Shown here in pieces: positions 10,104-19,662 of a DNA stretch of 64,000 nt. Position numbers and translations under genes: made by a program. The stretch lies in the NCBI GenBank assembly GCA_003484955.1, contig DMZH01000002.1:78825-142824 (forward strand), written 5' to 3'. The notes under the pieces were generated by a model, which made no database searches, was not told where the DNA came from, and saw only the letters and a list, made by a program, of their open reading frames with translations. The stretch's first letter is position 1, and every line of letters begins with the position of its first letter. The stretch comes from Candidatus Woesebacteria bacterium. Its GTDB lineage: Bacteria; Patescibacteriota; Microgenomatia; UBA8517.

Positions 10104-11387
10104 ATGAAAAAAATATTTGATTGGGGAAGACAAATGCTTTTTTCTGCCACCGCCAAAGACACGTTTGTGCTTTTTGTCGGAAATTTAGGAGCTGCCTTTT
10201 GGGGTTTTCTTTTCATATTATTTGTTGCCCGCTCCTTGAGTGTTTATGATTTTGGTATTTTTTCTGCCGCACTCAATCTGGTTGTGATTCTTGCGTCCCT
10301 TGCTGATATAGGAATTTCGACAGGTTCTGTTAATTTTGTATCCGTCCACTCAGCAAAAGGTGAGCATGAAAAGGCCAATGAATATGTAAAAGCTTCATTT
10401 CTAATCAGACTTTTTATAGTTTTGGGAATTTCGGTGATAATCGTCGTATTTGCGCCTTTTGTTTCAAAGACTTTTCTGGCAACTCAGGACCCCAAAATCG
10501 CCATTTGGGCAGCCGTTATCCCAATTTTTCTTTTTCCGGATTTGTTTTTCCCATACATCCTGCAGGCAAAGAAAAAATTTCTTCACTCAACAATTATTGA
10601 TAATGCCTTTTATATTGCAAGGCTTTTATTTGCCCTGGCTTTTTACACAATTGGAGGCTTGACTATGTCCAAAGCTTTTTGGGCGTTTGGAGTAGGGTTC
10701 GCGGCGTCGCTTGTGTTTATTTTTATCTATTTGAAACCTGATTTTTTTAGGTCCCACCCAGGAAAAGAGGAATATAAAAAATTACTTAAATATTCCGGAT
10801 GGATTGGGGTCAACAGAATTATTTCTTCAGTTTCAGGGAGACTCGATGTTCAAATGCTGGCGACAATGGCAGGAGCTCTTGCAACAGGTCTTTATTCAAT
10901 TCCCTCAAGACTTGCATCTTTTATTATAGTTTTATCCGGAAGTTTTTCCGCAGTACTTGCTCCAAGACTTGCCGGATTTGGTAACAAAGAAAACGAGAAG
11001 AAATATATCCTTAAATCTCTTATCGCCCTTTTGCCGATTACGGCAGGAATAGTACTTTGGATAATAATTGCCAAACCTTTTATACTCACACTTTTCGGGG
11101 ATAAATATATAGACTCTGTTCCTGTTTTTCAGGCTTTGGCTCTCGCACAAATTCCATTTTTATTTACAGTTCCTTCCGTATCGGCCATTATTTACGCCAT
11201 GAAGAAAACCGTATTTATTGGAACTTTTTCATTTTTCCAGATAGCAGCCATTTTTCTTTTAAACTTTTTCCTGATTCCTAAATTCGGGGTTTTTGGGCCA
11301 ACTATTACCCTAGGAGTTACAAACATAATCCTAGCGGTCTATACGTGGGTGATAGTTATTAAATACTATTGGAAAGATAAATCCTAA
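10104..11387 (+). CDS. oligosaccharide flippase (Wzx-like, MOP superfamily polysaccharide biosynthesis protein)
   Basis: 427 aa with about 12-14 transmembrane helices, the layout of Wzx/polysacc_synt proteins. Sits in the glycan cluster. Confidence 0.65.
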   Translation: MKKIFDWGRQMLFSATAKDTFVLFVGNLGAAFWGFLFILFVARSLSVYDFGIFSAALNLVVILASLADIGISTGSVNFVSVHSAKGEHEKANEYVKASFLIRLFIVLGISVIIVVFAPFVSKTFLATQDPKIAIWAAVIPIFLFPDLFFPYILQAKKKFLHSTIIDNAFYIARLLFALAFYTIGGLTMSKAFWAFGVGFAASLVFIFIYLKPDFFRSHPGKEEYKKLLKYSGWIGVNRIISSVSGRLDVQMLATMAGALATGLYSIPSRLASFIIVLSGSFSAVLAPRLAGFGNKENEKKYILKSLIALLPITAGIVLWIIIAKPFILTLFGDKYIDSVPVFQALALAQIPFLFTVPSVSAIIYAMKKTVFIGTFSFFQIAAIFLLNFFLIPKFGVFGPTITLGVTNIILAVYTWVIVIKYYWKDKS

Positions 11388-13246
11388 ATAAAGTATGCTC
11401 TGTACCAAAGCTCCAATGACATGAGTGTCCAAAGGCGCGGACCAAAATCCTGAGTTTTGTTGTTATCCTCAATCATTGATTTAACATAGTTAACATCAAA
11501 TACGTCTTTTACAAATGATTTTTTATTGAGCAAAACACTTTTCGCGTAAGAGTTAAGTTCACCCGAGAACCATTTGTTTAAAGGGATGGTAAAGCCCATT
11601 TTTGGTCTATAAAGATTTTCTTTTGGCACAATCTTTTCAAAAGCTTTTTTCAAAATATATTTAGATTCTCCACTTTTCATTTTAAGATTGAATGGAATTT
11701 TGCAGGCCAGCTCAACCATCTTTTGATCCAGGAGGGGAGACCTGGCTTCAAGTGAAACAGCCATGGAAGCAATATCCACTTTTGTTAAGAGTTGATCGGG
11801 AAGAAAATATTGAAGATCAAATTTTAGCCCGGCATCTTTTAAATCCTTGCCGTTAAAATTTCTAAAACAATCATTTACTGTTTGATAAGGATTGCTTCTT
11901 TTTGCCAGTGAAAGAATATTCCCCCTTGAATGGTTTATCAGTTCATCCGGGTTAAAAATTTGATTGTATGATGCAAATCTGCTGTAAAGGGGAAGTTTCG
12001 CTTTCTCAAAAAAATTATTAGCTTTTGGGAATGATTTTAAGAGCTTTGCGGCAAGAGGTCTCATATCCTGAATCCAATAGTCATAATCTACATCCCGTTT
12101 TAGTCTCATGTATCTGTTTGGGTATCCGCCAAAATTTTCATCCCCTCCGTCACCGTTTAGGGCCACGGTTACATATTTTTTTGTCATTTTGGAAACCATA
12201 TAAGTAACAATATTACTTGCGTCTGCGAATGGTTCCTCATACTGCCTTGCCAGGCCGGGTAAGGTTTCAACAGATTGCGGCTTTGCAATTAAGACGTGGT
12301 GATCTGTCTTGTAGCGTTTAGCAATATTTTTAGCGTATCGGCTTTCATCTAATTTTTTATCCGCAAAAGCTATGGTAAAAGTTTTTACAGGCTTTGGAGA
12401 TAGGGCTGCCATAGCAGCTACCACGCCGCTACTGTCAACCCCTCCGGAAAGGAAGGCTCCAATAGGTACGTCCGAAATCATGCGAAGGCGGGTTGATTGC
12501 TCCAAGGTGTCGAGTATTCTTTTGCACCATTCGCGCTCACTTAAATGTAGTTTATTTCTATACCTTGGCTGCCAATATCGGATCTTTTGAACAGTTTTCC
12601 TGGCCAAGTTAATTAATAGATAAGTTCCTGGTTCCAGTTTCTTAATACTCTCAAAGCCTGTCATTGGAGCAGGACAGTATCCGTAAGTCAAATAAAGTTG
12701 TAAGGCTTTGTAGTCTGGAGATTTTGTAAATCCTGTTTGGGTGAGAATGGCTTTCAGCTCAGAAGCAAAAATTATTTGTGAGCCATCCAGAAAGTATTTA
12801 AGCGGTTTTTTGCCGATTCTATCGCGGGCCAGAAATAAAGTTTCGTTAACATTGTCATATATTGCAAAAGCAAACATTCCTCTTAAATGTTTGAGGCAGG
12901 AGACTCCATATTTTGAGTAAAGAGCCAAAACAACTTCCGTATCCGTTTCCGAACTAAATTTATATCCTTCCTTTACTAGTTTTTCTTTTTCTTCTTTGAA
13001 GTTGTAGATTTCTCCGTTAAAAGTTATTACATATCTGTCTCCGTATTTCATCGGTTGATGTCCCCGGGTGGATAAATCTATTATTGCCAGGCGCCTGCTG
13101 GCAAAACCCACTCTTTTATTTTTTGAAACGAAGAACCCTTCATCATCCGGACCCCTGTGGGTAATGGAGGTAGACATCATTTTCAGTTCACCCAGATGAA
13201 CTTCGTGGTTTTTATTAAAGTATGCCTTACCGGCAATTCCGCACAT
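11384..13246 (-). CDS. asnB: asparagine synthase (glutamine-hydrolysing), AsnB/WbpS-like amidotransferase
   Basis: MCGIAG N-terminal nucleophile (Cys2) and SGGVDSS PP-loop. The start is set at the Met-Cys; the 25-aa extension in the ORF track is rejected. Confidence 0.9.
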   Translation of the reverse strand: MCGIAGKAYFNKNHEVHLGELKMMSTSITHRGPDDEGFFVSKNKRVGFASRRLAIIDLSTRGHQPMKYGDRYVITFNGEIYNFKEEKEKLVKEGYKFSSETDTEVVLALYSKYGVSCLKHLRGMFAFAIYDNVNETLFLARDRIGKKPLKYFLDGSQIIFASELKAILTQTGFTKSPDYKALQLYLTYGYCPAPMTGFESIKKLEPGTYLLINLARKTVQKIRYWQPRYRNKLHLSEREWCKRILDTLEQSTRLRMISDVPIGAFLSGGVDSSGVVAAMAALSPKPVKTFTIAFADKKLDESRYAKNIAKRYKTDHHVLIAKPQSVETLPGLARQYEEPFADASNIVTYMVSKMTKKYVTVALNGDGGDENFGGYPNRYMRLKRDVDYDYWIQDMRPLAAKLLKSFPKANNFFEKAKLPLYSRFASYNQIFNPDELINHSRGNILSLAKRSNPYQTVNDCFRNFNGKDLKDAGLKFDLQYFLPDQLLTKVDIASMAVSLEARSPLLDQKMVELACKIPFNLKMKSGESKYILKKAFEKIVPKENLYRPKMGFTIPLNKWFSGELNSYAKSVLLNKKSFVKDVFDVNYVKSMIEDNNKTQDFGPRLWTLMSLELWYRAYFI

Positions 13247-13299
13247 CTCCCAGCAATTGTACAGCAGAAATTTAGGTTTAAAAAGGTTACAATTGAGGT

Positions 13300-14139
13300 A
13301 TGCAGGTTTGGGCCCATACACTTGTAAAGAACGAAGAAAAATGGCTTTGGTATTCTGTCACCTCAGTAATTGATCACGTAGATAAACTTCTCTTGTGGGA
13401 CACAGGAAGCACAGATAAAAGTATTGAGATAGAGAAAGAGTTAGAGAAAAAATACCCGGGAAAAATCGAACTTAAGCAAAGAAAAATTACTTCCCCCTCC
13501 GACTTTACAAAAACGCGTCAGGAAATGCTTGATGTGACATCCTCCGATTGGTTCATAGTTCTTGATGCAGATGAGATTTGGTATGAAGATTCTATAAAGA
13601 AATTTATTGGGACAATTAACAATAGAGGACAAAACATTGAATCGGTTGTTGTACCGACAATTAATTTAGTAGGGGATATCTTTCATCGACAAGCCGAGTC
13701 TGCCGGAAGATATAAGTTTGGCAGTAGAGTGGGGCATTATAATTTGAGAGCCGTAAAGCGGAATATCCCGGGACTTCATTCGGAGGGTGTTCATGGGGTT
13801 TGGGGTTGGGTAGATGATGAAAATAAAATGATCCAAGACAGAGACTCGGAAAAAGTAAAATTTGTCGATGCTCCTTATTTGCACGCCTCATTTTTACCAA
13901 GAGGTGGAACAAAAGGAAAGGATTTGGAAGTTGTCAAAAGATCAAAAAAACTAAAGCATGAGTTGGGAGAAAATCTTTCAAAAGATTTTTATTACCCCGA
14001 AGTTTTTTTCAAGGAGAAACCCAATTTTATTCCAAGTCCGTGGAGTACAATGTCAGCATCTTTTAAATTTAGAGCTTTTTTTGAAACACCTCTTCGGAAA
14101 ATGAAAAGGGTAATTTGGTGGGGTAGAGCCGGATACTAA
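13300..14139 (+). CDS. glycosyltransferase family 2-like
   Basis: FIVLDADEIWYED DxD motif and a GT-A like N-terminal half. Confidence 0.55.
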   Translation: MQVWAHTLVKNEEKWLWYSVTSVIDHVDKLLLWDTGSTDKSIEIEKELEKKYPGKIELKQRKITSPSDFTKTRQEMLDVTSSDWFIVLDADEIWYEDSIKKFIGTINNRGQNIESVVVPTINLVGDIFHRQAESAGRYKFGSRVGHYNLRAVKRNIPGLHSEGVHGVWGWVDDENKMIQDRDSEKVKFVDAPYLHASFLPRGGTKGKDLEVVKRSKKLKHELGENLSKDFYYPEVFFKEKPNFIPSPWSTMSASFKFRAFFETPLRKMKRVIWWGRAGY

Positions 14140-14148
14140 TAATAAATT

Positions 14149-15495
14149 ATGAAGAAAAAAGATTATATATTGGTGACTGGAATTTTAGCGGTTCATTTAT
14201 TGCTTTTGATTGTTTTAAAGTTTACTGCCTGGCCGGAAATGAGCCTTTGGCCATACCTTATTGCCAAAGGATGGTTGCCCTACAGGGATATCGCCATTGC
14301 CCATACTCCCCTCATGCTTTTTGACCTGGGTCTTTTCTACAAGATTTTCGGTACAGGAATACTTCAGCTGAAAATATTTACTTGGCTCCTGATTCTGATT
14401 TTTGACGGACTCGTCTTTTTTGTTGCCAGAAAACTTTGGAATACAAAAGCCGCATTTATTGCGCTTGGTGCCTTTGCCTTCTGGAACCTTTTTTACGATG
14501 GTAACGGGCTTTGGTTTGATCTTTATATGGGTCTAATGGTCTTTTGTTCTTTCTACTTTGCAAGACAGAAAAAGTGGCTTTGGACGGGAGTTTTCTGGGC
14601 ATTGGCTTTTGTTTCCAAACAAACAGCTGTTTGGTTTTTGATTCCAATCTTGTTGGAATTAGAACAAAGTACAAAGTACAGAGTACAGAATTTTAAAAAA
14701 CTAATTACAGGGACTCTGTCGGTTTTTGTTCCGTTCTTTTTGATAATGTGGGCGGTTGGGGTTTTGCCGGACTTCTGGAACTGGGCTGTAAAGTTTGGAA
14801 TTTTCATTCTTCCCAAAGCTCAGGGGCAAGTTCAGCTTCCGGATTTTAAAAATCTGGCTGTGGCAACATTCCCGTTTCTGATTTTTATTCCGCTTATTCT
14901 AAAATCCGGCCGCAAAAATCTTAATATATTAGTTTGGGCAGTTGCCGGAAGCCTCGGGGCGTTTCCCAGGTTTGAATTTTTCCATTTTCAGTCGGCAGTT
15001 CCCTTTTTGGCGATTGCAACAGGATTGGTGTTTGAAAGAGTCAAAAAGGAAAAAAAGTTATTCAAACCACTTGTTCCGGTTTACATTACCGTTTCAATAA
15101 TTCTTTTCGCGGGCTTTTTCATGAGAAATTTTAAGGAAGGCACCAGATTTTATGAAGCTAATGTTGTCAATGTTATAACGTTTGTAAATTACAACACAAA
15201 GCCTGGGGACAAAATATTTGTTCTGAACTGGTGGGACAACATATATGCACTAACAGATACGTTGCCAGCTACCGATCCCTGGGTTCCGCAGCTTTCCTGG
15301 TATATAGAGATTCCCGGGGTACAGGAAAAAATGGTGGAGGATCTGAAAGCAAATCCGCCGAAAATGATAATTTACAATTCCTATACAATGTCCGGACTTT
15401 CATCATATATTCCCCAAAAGGTTTACAATTTTGTCACGGAAAATTATAAAATCACTCAGAGGGTTGATAACCTGGAGGTATTAACTAAAAAATAA
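14149..15495 (+). CDS. polytopic membrane protein, possible GT-C-type glycosyltransferase
   Basis: 448 aa with about 9-11 transmembrane helices and a C-terminal soluble domain. Lies between GT2 and GT4 genes. Confidence 0.4.
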   Translation: MKKKDYILVTGILAVHLLLLIVLKFTAWPEMSLWPYLIAKGWLPYRDIAIAHTPLMLFDLGLFYKIFGTGILQLKIFTWLLILIFDGLVFFVARKLWNTKAAFIALGAFAFWNLFYDGNGLWFDLYMGLMVFCSFYFARQKKWLWTGVFWALAFVSKQTAVWFLIPILLELEQSTKYRVQNFKKLITGTLSVFVPFFLIMWAVGVLPDFWNWAVKFGIFILPKAQGQVQLPDFKNLAVATFPFLIFIPLILKSGRKNLNILVWAVAGSLGAFPRFEFFHFQSAVPFLAIATGLVFERVKKEKKLFKPLVPVYITVSIILFAGFFMRNFKEGTRFYEANVVNVITFVNYNTKPGDKIFVLNWWDNIYALTDTLPATDPWVPQLSWYIEIPGVQEKMVEDLKANPPKMIIYNSYTMSGLSSYIPQKVYNFVTENYKITQRVDNLEVLTKK

Positions 15496-15496
15496 G

Positions 15497-16435
15497 GTGA
15501 AAATCGCGTTTTTAAATAAATATCAAGAAAAAGTTCGGCGTGGAGCGGAGACTTTTGTCTTCGAGCTTTCGAATCGCCTGTCCGAGCACCACAAAGTTGA
15601 CGTCATCGCAGATATTAACTATTTGAATCTTCTGAAAGGCAAATACGATGTAATTATTCCGACAAACGGAAGATTCCAGGTTGTTCTGGTTAGGATTATT
15701 TCCCTACTGACTGGAGCCAAAATGATAGTTTCGGGCCAATCCGGAATGGGTTGGGATGATAAAGTGAATTTGTATTCATGCCCCAATGCTTTTGTCGCAC
15801 TTTCCAAGAAAGCTCTAGCTTGGGCAAAGGAGGTCAACCCCCGCGTTAAATCTTTGTATATTCCAAACGGAGTGGACCTAACTAAATTTAATCCAAAAGG
15901 GAAAGTGTATAAAACAAGGATTAAAAAACCTGTGGTTCTTTGTGGAGGTGCTTTTACTCCTCAAAAAAGAATGGATTTGTCGATTAAAGCTGTCGCCAAA
16001 CTTCCCGGGGTAAGCCTTTTAATGGTTGGTGGGGGAGGAGAGCTTAGGGGAGAGCTGGAAAGATATGGAGAAAAGATTTTGGGTAAGGACAGATTTGAAC
16101 TTTTATCGGTTCCTTTTGAGAAAATGCCAGAGATTTATAGAGCCGCAGATGTGTTTACACTTCCCTCAAGGCCGTCTGAATCATTCGGAAATGTTTTAGT
16201 TGAAGCAATGGCCACCAATTTGCCGGTTGTGGCAACAAATGACCCTGTCAGGAGCGGGATTGTTGGGGAGGCAGGGCTTCTGGTTGACCCGACGGATACA
16301 AAGGCTTATGCCAAGGCGATCGAAAAAGCACTGAATCAAAATTGGGAAGGTAAACCAAGAGAACAGGCAAAAAAGTTTTCCTGGGACGAAATCGCCAAAA
16401 AGTATGAAGACTTGTTTAATGAACTAAAAAAATGA
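15497..16435 (+). CDS. glycosyltransferase family 1 (GT4)
   Basis: ESFGNVLVEAMATNLPVVATN E-x7-E motif. GTG start. Confidence 0.8.
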   Translation: MKIAFLNKYQEKVRRGAETFVFELSNRLSEHHKVDVIADINYLNLLKGKYDVIIPTNGRFQVVLVRIISLLTGAKMIVSGQSGMGWDDKVNLYSCPNAFVALSKKALAWAKEVNPRVKSLYIPNGVDLTKFNPKGKVYKTRIKKPVVLCGGAFTPQKRMDLSIKAVAKLPGVSLLMVGGGGELRGELERYGEKILGKDRFELLSVPFEKMPEIYRAADVFTLPSRPSESFGNVLVEAMATNLPVVATNDPVRSGIVGEAGLLVDPTDTKAYAKAIEKALNQNWEGKPREQAKKFSWDEIAKKYEDLFNELKK

Positions 16436-17268
16436 TTTCAGTAATAATTCCCACATACAACGAAGAAAAAGTATTGTCCGATTGTATAGAGTCTTTAGGG
16501 TTCCAAACTTATACAGACTTTGAAATTATTATCGTTGATGACGGCTCTACCGACGGAACTTTAGAAATTCTCAAAAATTTGGAAAAGTCCCTGCCGAGTT
16601 TTAAATCTTTTCAGGAGAACCATAAGGGAGCAGGTGCGGCAAGAAATTTGGGGGCAGGGCACGCGAATGGGGAAATTCTGGTTTTTGTGGATGCAGACAT
16701 GACTTTTGATAAAAACTTCTTGGAAAAACTTACCGAGCCGATTCGTAAAAGTTTGGCAAAAGGAACTTTCAGCAAAGAAGAAATTGTATCCAATTGGGAT
16801 AACCCCTGGTCAAGATGCTGGAACATAAACGAGGGGTGGGAGGAGAAACGTCGCCACCCCAAAAACTTCCCCGATCACCAGCCTGTTTTTAGGGCAATTC
16901 TGAAAAGTGAATTTGATAAAGTCGGTGGATTTACCCCCGGAGGATATGATGACGATTGGAGCCTGAGTAGAAAGCTTGGCTATGAAGCGGTTATGGCACC
17001 AGGTGCCGTCTTCTACCATAAAAACCCTTCAAGCCCGGGTGAAATATTTAACCATGCAAAGTGGGTAGGGAAGAGGAAATACAAATTCGGAATTTTTGGA
17101 AGTTTTGCTGGTTTAATTAGGGCATCACTGCCCGTTTCTCTGATTGTGGGGATTTATAAATCTCTCTTAACATTAAATTTAAAATTTATGATTTTTAAAT
17201 TAGTTTATGATTTTGGCATTTTTGTGGGTATTCTGGAATACATAATCACAAAAAGAGGATCAAAGTGA
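16432..17268 (+). CDS. GT2 polyprenyl-phosphate sugar synthase-like (DPM1/GtrB/ArnC-type) with C-terminal TM helices
   Basis: Classic VIIPTYNEE...IIIVDDGSTDGT and VDAD. Two C-terminal hydrophobic helices as in GtrB/ArnC. ATGA-coupled to the downstream GT-C gene. Confidence 0.7.
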   Translation: MISVIIPTYNEEKVLSDCIESLGFQTYTDFEIIIVDDGSTDGTLEILKNLEKSLPSFKSFQENHKGAGAARNLGAGHANGEILVFVDADMTFDKNFLEKLTEPIRKSLAKGTFSKEEIVSNWDNPWSRCWNINEGWEEKRRHPKNFPDHQPVFRAILKSEFDKVGGFTPGGYDDDWSLSRKLGYEAVMAPGAVFYHKNPSSPGEIFNHAKWVGKRKYKFGIFGSFAGLIRASLPVSLIVGIYKSLLTLNLKFMIFKLVYDFGIFVGILEYIITKRGSK

Positions 17269-18599
17269 AAAAAATTCTTCTAAAAAACAGACTGCTACTG
17301 ACTTTGTTTGTAGGGTTACTACTTCGTCTGATATCCATTGATCAATCTCTTTGGCTTGATGAGGCAACAACCGCTCTCGCGGCTAAGATGCCTTTGGCGG
17401 ATATTTTTACCAAATTTCTACCGGGAGATTTCCACCCCCCGCTTTATTATCTTTTAATGAAAGGGTGGGGTAGCCTCTTTGGGTTGTCTGAAATTTCTCT
17501 CCGGACCCCCTCTGTTATTTTTGGTATTCTGACGATTTATTTTATTTATCTCATTGCCAAAAAAATATTTGATACCAAGACTGCAAGAATTGCCTCAATA
17601 TTGGCGGCAACGTCCGGCCTTTTAATTTATTACTCACAGGAAGCCAGAATGTACTCTTTGGCCGCGTTTTTGGCTACCCTGCTTTTTTATCTATTTCTGG
17701 AAAAGAAATGGGTGCTTTTTTCTATTTTTCTACCCATCCTGGCGATGACCGATTATGTTTCTCTTCTGATTATTCCGGTTTTTTGGCTTCTAGGATATAA
17801 GGACTGGAAAAAATTGGCTCTGGCCCACATTCCGCTTTTTATTATATTGATAGCCTGGCTGCCAACGTTCTTGAGCCAACTTTCGGGAGGGTTTTCGGTG
17901 CAGGGATCGGCCTGGTGGAACCTACTAGGTACAATCTCGCTTAAAAATATCGCATTGATCCCTGTTAAATTTATATTCGGAAGGATCAGCTTTAATAATA
18001 AAATTTTGTATGGCGCGGTTTCGCTGGCTTCGGCATTTTTATATGCCTTTTTACTGACCTTACGGCGGCCTTTAAAGGGTTTCTCCCACAAGGTTCTTTG
18101 GGCATGGCTCATTGTACCGATTCTTCTGTCAATTTTAATAAGCATTAAGATTCCTATTCTTTACTATTTCAGATTTCTTTTTTGTCTTCCTGCCTTTTAC
18201 ATTTTGGCGGCGGGAGGGCTGACAAGTTTAAAAGGCAAAACGTTTTGGATATTTTTATCCACAGCCATTTTGATAAACATTGCCTCATCCTCTCTATATT
18301 TATTTAATCCAAAGTTCCAAAGGGAAAATTGGAGAGCAGTTGCGGAGGCTGTTGGCGCAGACGCTATAATTTATCCCTCGAATTCTCAAAAAGAAGCACT
18401 TACCTATTACCAAAAAGGCGGACAAATAGTTTATTTTCAAAATTTCAGTGGAGAGCCGAGGGTGGTTTGGTTATCAAGATATGTCTGGCAGATATTTGAT
18501 TCCAAGGACATGGCGCGGATTAAAATCGAAAATTTAGGATATAATAAAGTCCAGGAACTGAACCTGAACGGCGTTGAGTTTTGGAAGTATATAAAATAA
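17265..18599 (+). CDS. GT-C glycosyltransferase, ArnT/PMT-like
   Basis: LWLDEATTALAAKM matches the ArnT loop motif DE-x2-YA-x2-A-x-M. 444 aa polytopic membrane protein. Confidence 0.7.
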   Translation: MKKILLKNRLLLTLFVGLLLRLISIDQSLWLDEATTALAAKMPLADIFTKFLPGDFHPPLYYLLMKGWGSLFGLSEISLRTPSVIFGILTIYFIYLIAKKIFDTKTARIASILAATSGLLIYYSQEARMYSLAAFLATLLFYLFLEKKWVLFSIFLPILAMTDYVSLLIIPVFWLLGYKDWKKLALAHIPLFIILIAWLPTFLSQLSGGFSVQGSAWWNLLGTISLKNIALIPVKFIFGRISFNNKILYGAVSLASAFLYAFLLTLRRPLKGFSHKVLWAWLIVPILLSILISIKIPILYYFRFLFCLPAFYILAAGGLTSLKGKTFWIFLSTAILINIASSSLYLFNPKFQRENWRAVAEAVGADAIIYPSNSQKEALTYYQKGGQIVYFQNFSGEPRVVWLSRYVWQIFDSKDMARIKIENLGYNKVQELNLNGVEFWKYIK

Positions 18600-18603
18600 T
18601 AAA

Positions 18604-19662
18604 TTGAAAATTGCTATCGACATCAGTCAAATTATTTACGGAACGGGTGTTTCTGTCTACACCAGAAAGCTGGTTGAGACTTTGCTTACACTTGATCGGG
18701 AAAATGAATATGTGCTCTTTGCAGGGGCTTTCAGAAGGCGTCAGGAGATTTTGGAAGCGTTTCCCAACTCCAAAGTTTTTCCTATTCCGCCGATTGCAGC
18801 AGACTTTATCTGGAACAGGCTTCACACCTTTCCGATCGAAAAATTAATTGGTGAAGTGGATGTTCTCCATACTTCCGATTGGTCGGAGCCCCCCAGCAAT
18901 GCTTTTAAGGTCACAACGGTACACGATCTTTATCCCTTAAAGTTTCCCAGACTGGTACATTCCAAAATACTGGAGGTTCATAAGAGAAGACTTTACTGGG
19001 TGATTAAGGAAAGTAAAAGAATAATCGTTCCCTCAGTTTCTACAAAAAATGACCTAGTCGACTTGGGGGTTAAGGAGGATATAATTCGTGTGATTCCCGA
19101 AGCTCCGTCCATAAAGAAGGTCGATGAAGAAAAAATTCTAGAGATCAAAAAGAAATATCAGATAAGGGAGGACTATCTTATCTCAATTGGAGTTACGCCC
19201 CTGAAAAATACCAAGAAGATAATAAAAGCATTTCACCTGGCCACTGCCGGGAAAGACCTGAAACTGATAATTGCAGGAAGACCATCGGGCATTAAAATTG
19301 ATCCGGAAAGAAACGTCAGGATACTCGGGCATATTCCCCAAAGTGACTTGGCCGCGCTTCTCAGTGGTTCAAAAGGCTTAATTTTTGCCTCGCTTTATGA
19401 GGGTTATGGAATTCCGATTCTGGACGGATTTACCTGCGAAGTGCCGGTAATCACCTCCAATATAGGTTCCATGCCTGAGGTTGCGGGAAACGCCGCGGAG
19501 CTGGTCGATCCTAATTCTGTGAATTCAATTGCCGAAGGGATTGCAAAAGTGGTTCGCGGAGGAAAAGGACTTGTTGATAAGGGGAAACTGCGCGTTAGAG
19601 ACTTTTCCTGGGAAAAAACCGCACAAATGACACTTGATGTGTACAAGGAGGGGCAAAAATGA
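18604..19662 (+). CDS. glycosyltransferase family 1 (GT4)
   Basis: EGYGIPILDGFTCEVPVITSN motif. TTG start. Confidence 0.8.
   Translation: MKIAIDISQIIYGTGVSVYTRKLVETLLTLDRENEYVLFAGAFRRRQEILEAFPNSKVFPIPPIAADFIWNRLHTFPIEKLIGEVDVLHTSDWSEPPSNAFKVTTVHDLYPLKFPRLVHSKILEVHKRRLYWVIKESKRIIVPSVSTKNDLVDLGVKEDIIRVIPEAPSIKKVDEEKILEIKKKYQIREDYLISIGVTPLKNTKKIIKAFHLATAGKDLKLIIAGRPSGIKIDPERNVRILGHIPQSDLAALLSGSKGLIFASLYEGYGIPILDGFTCEVPVITSNIGSMPEVAGNAAELVDPNSVNSIAEGIAKVVRGGKGLVDKGKLRVRDFSWEKTAQMTLDVYKEGQK

Noticed and set aside
13247-13321. 25-aa N-terminal extension of asnB in the ORF track (MYGPKPAYLNCNLFKPKFLLYNCWE before MCGIAG)
   Set aside because: Ntn amidotransferases require Cys immediately after the initiator Met, so the start is at 13246.
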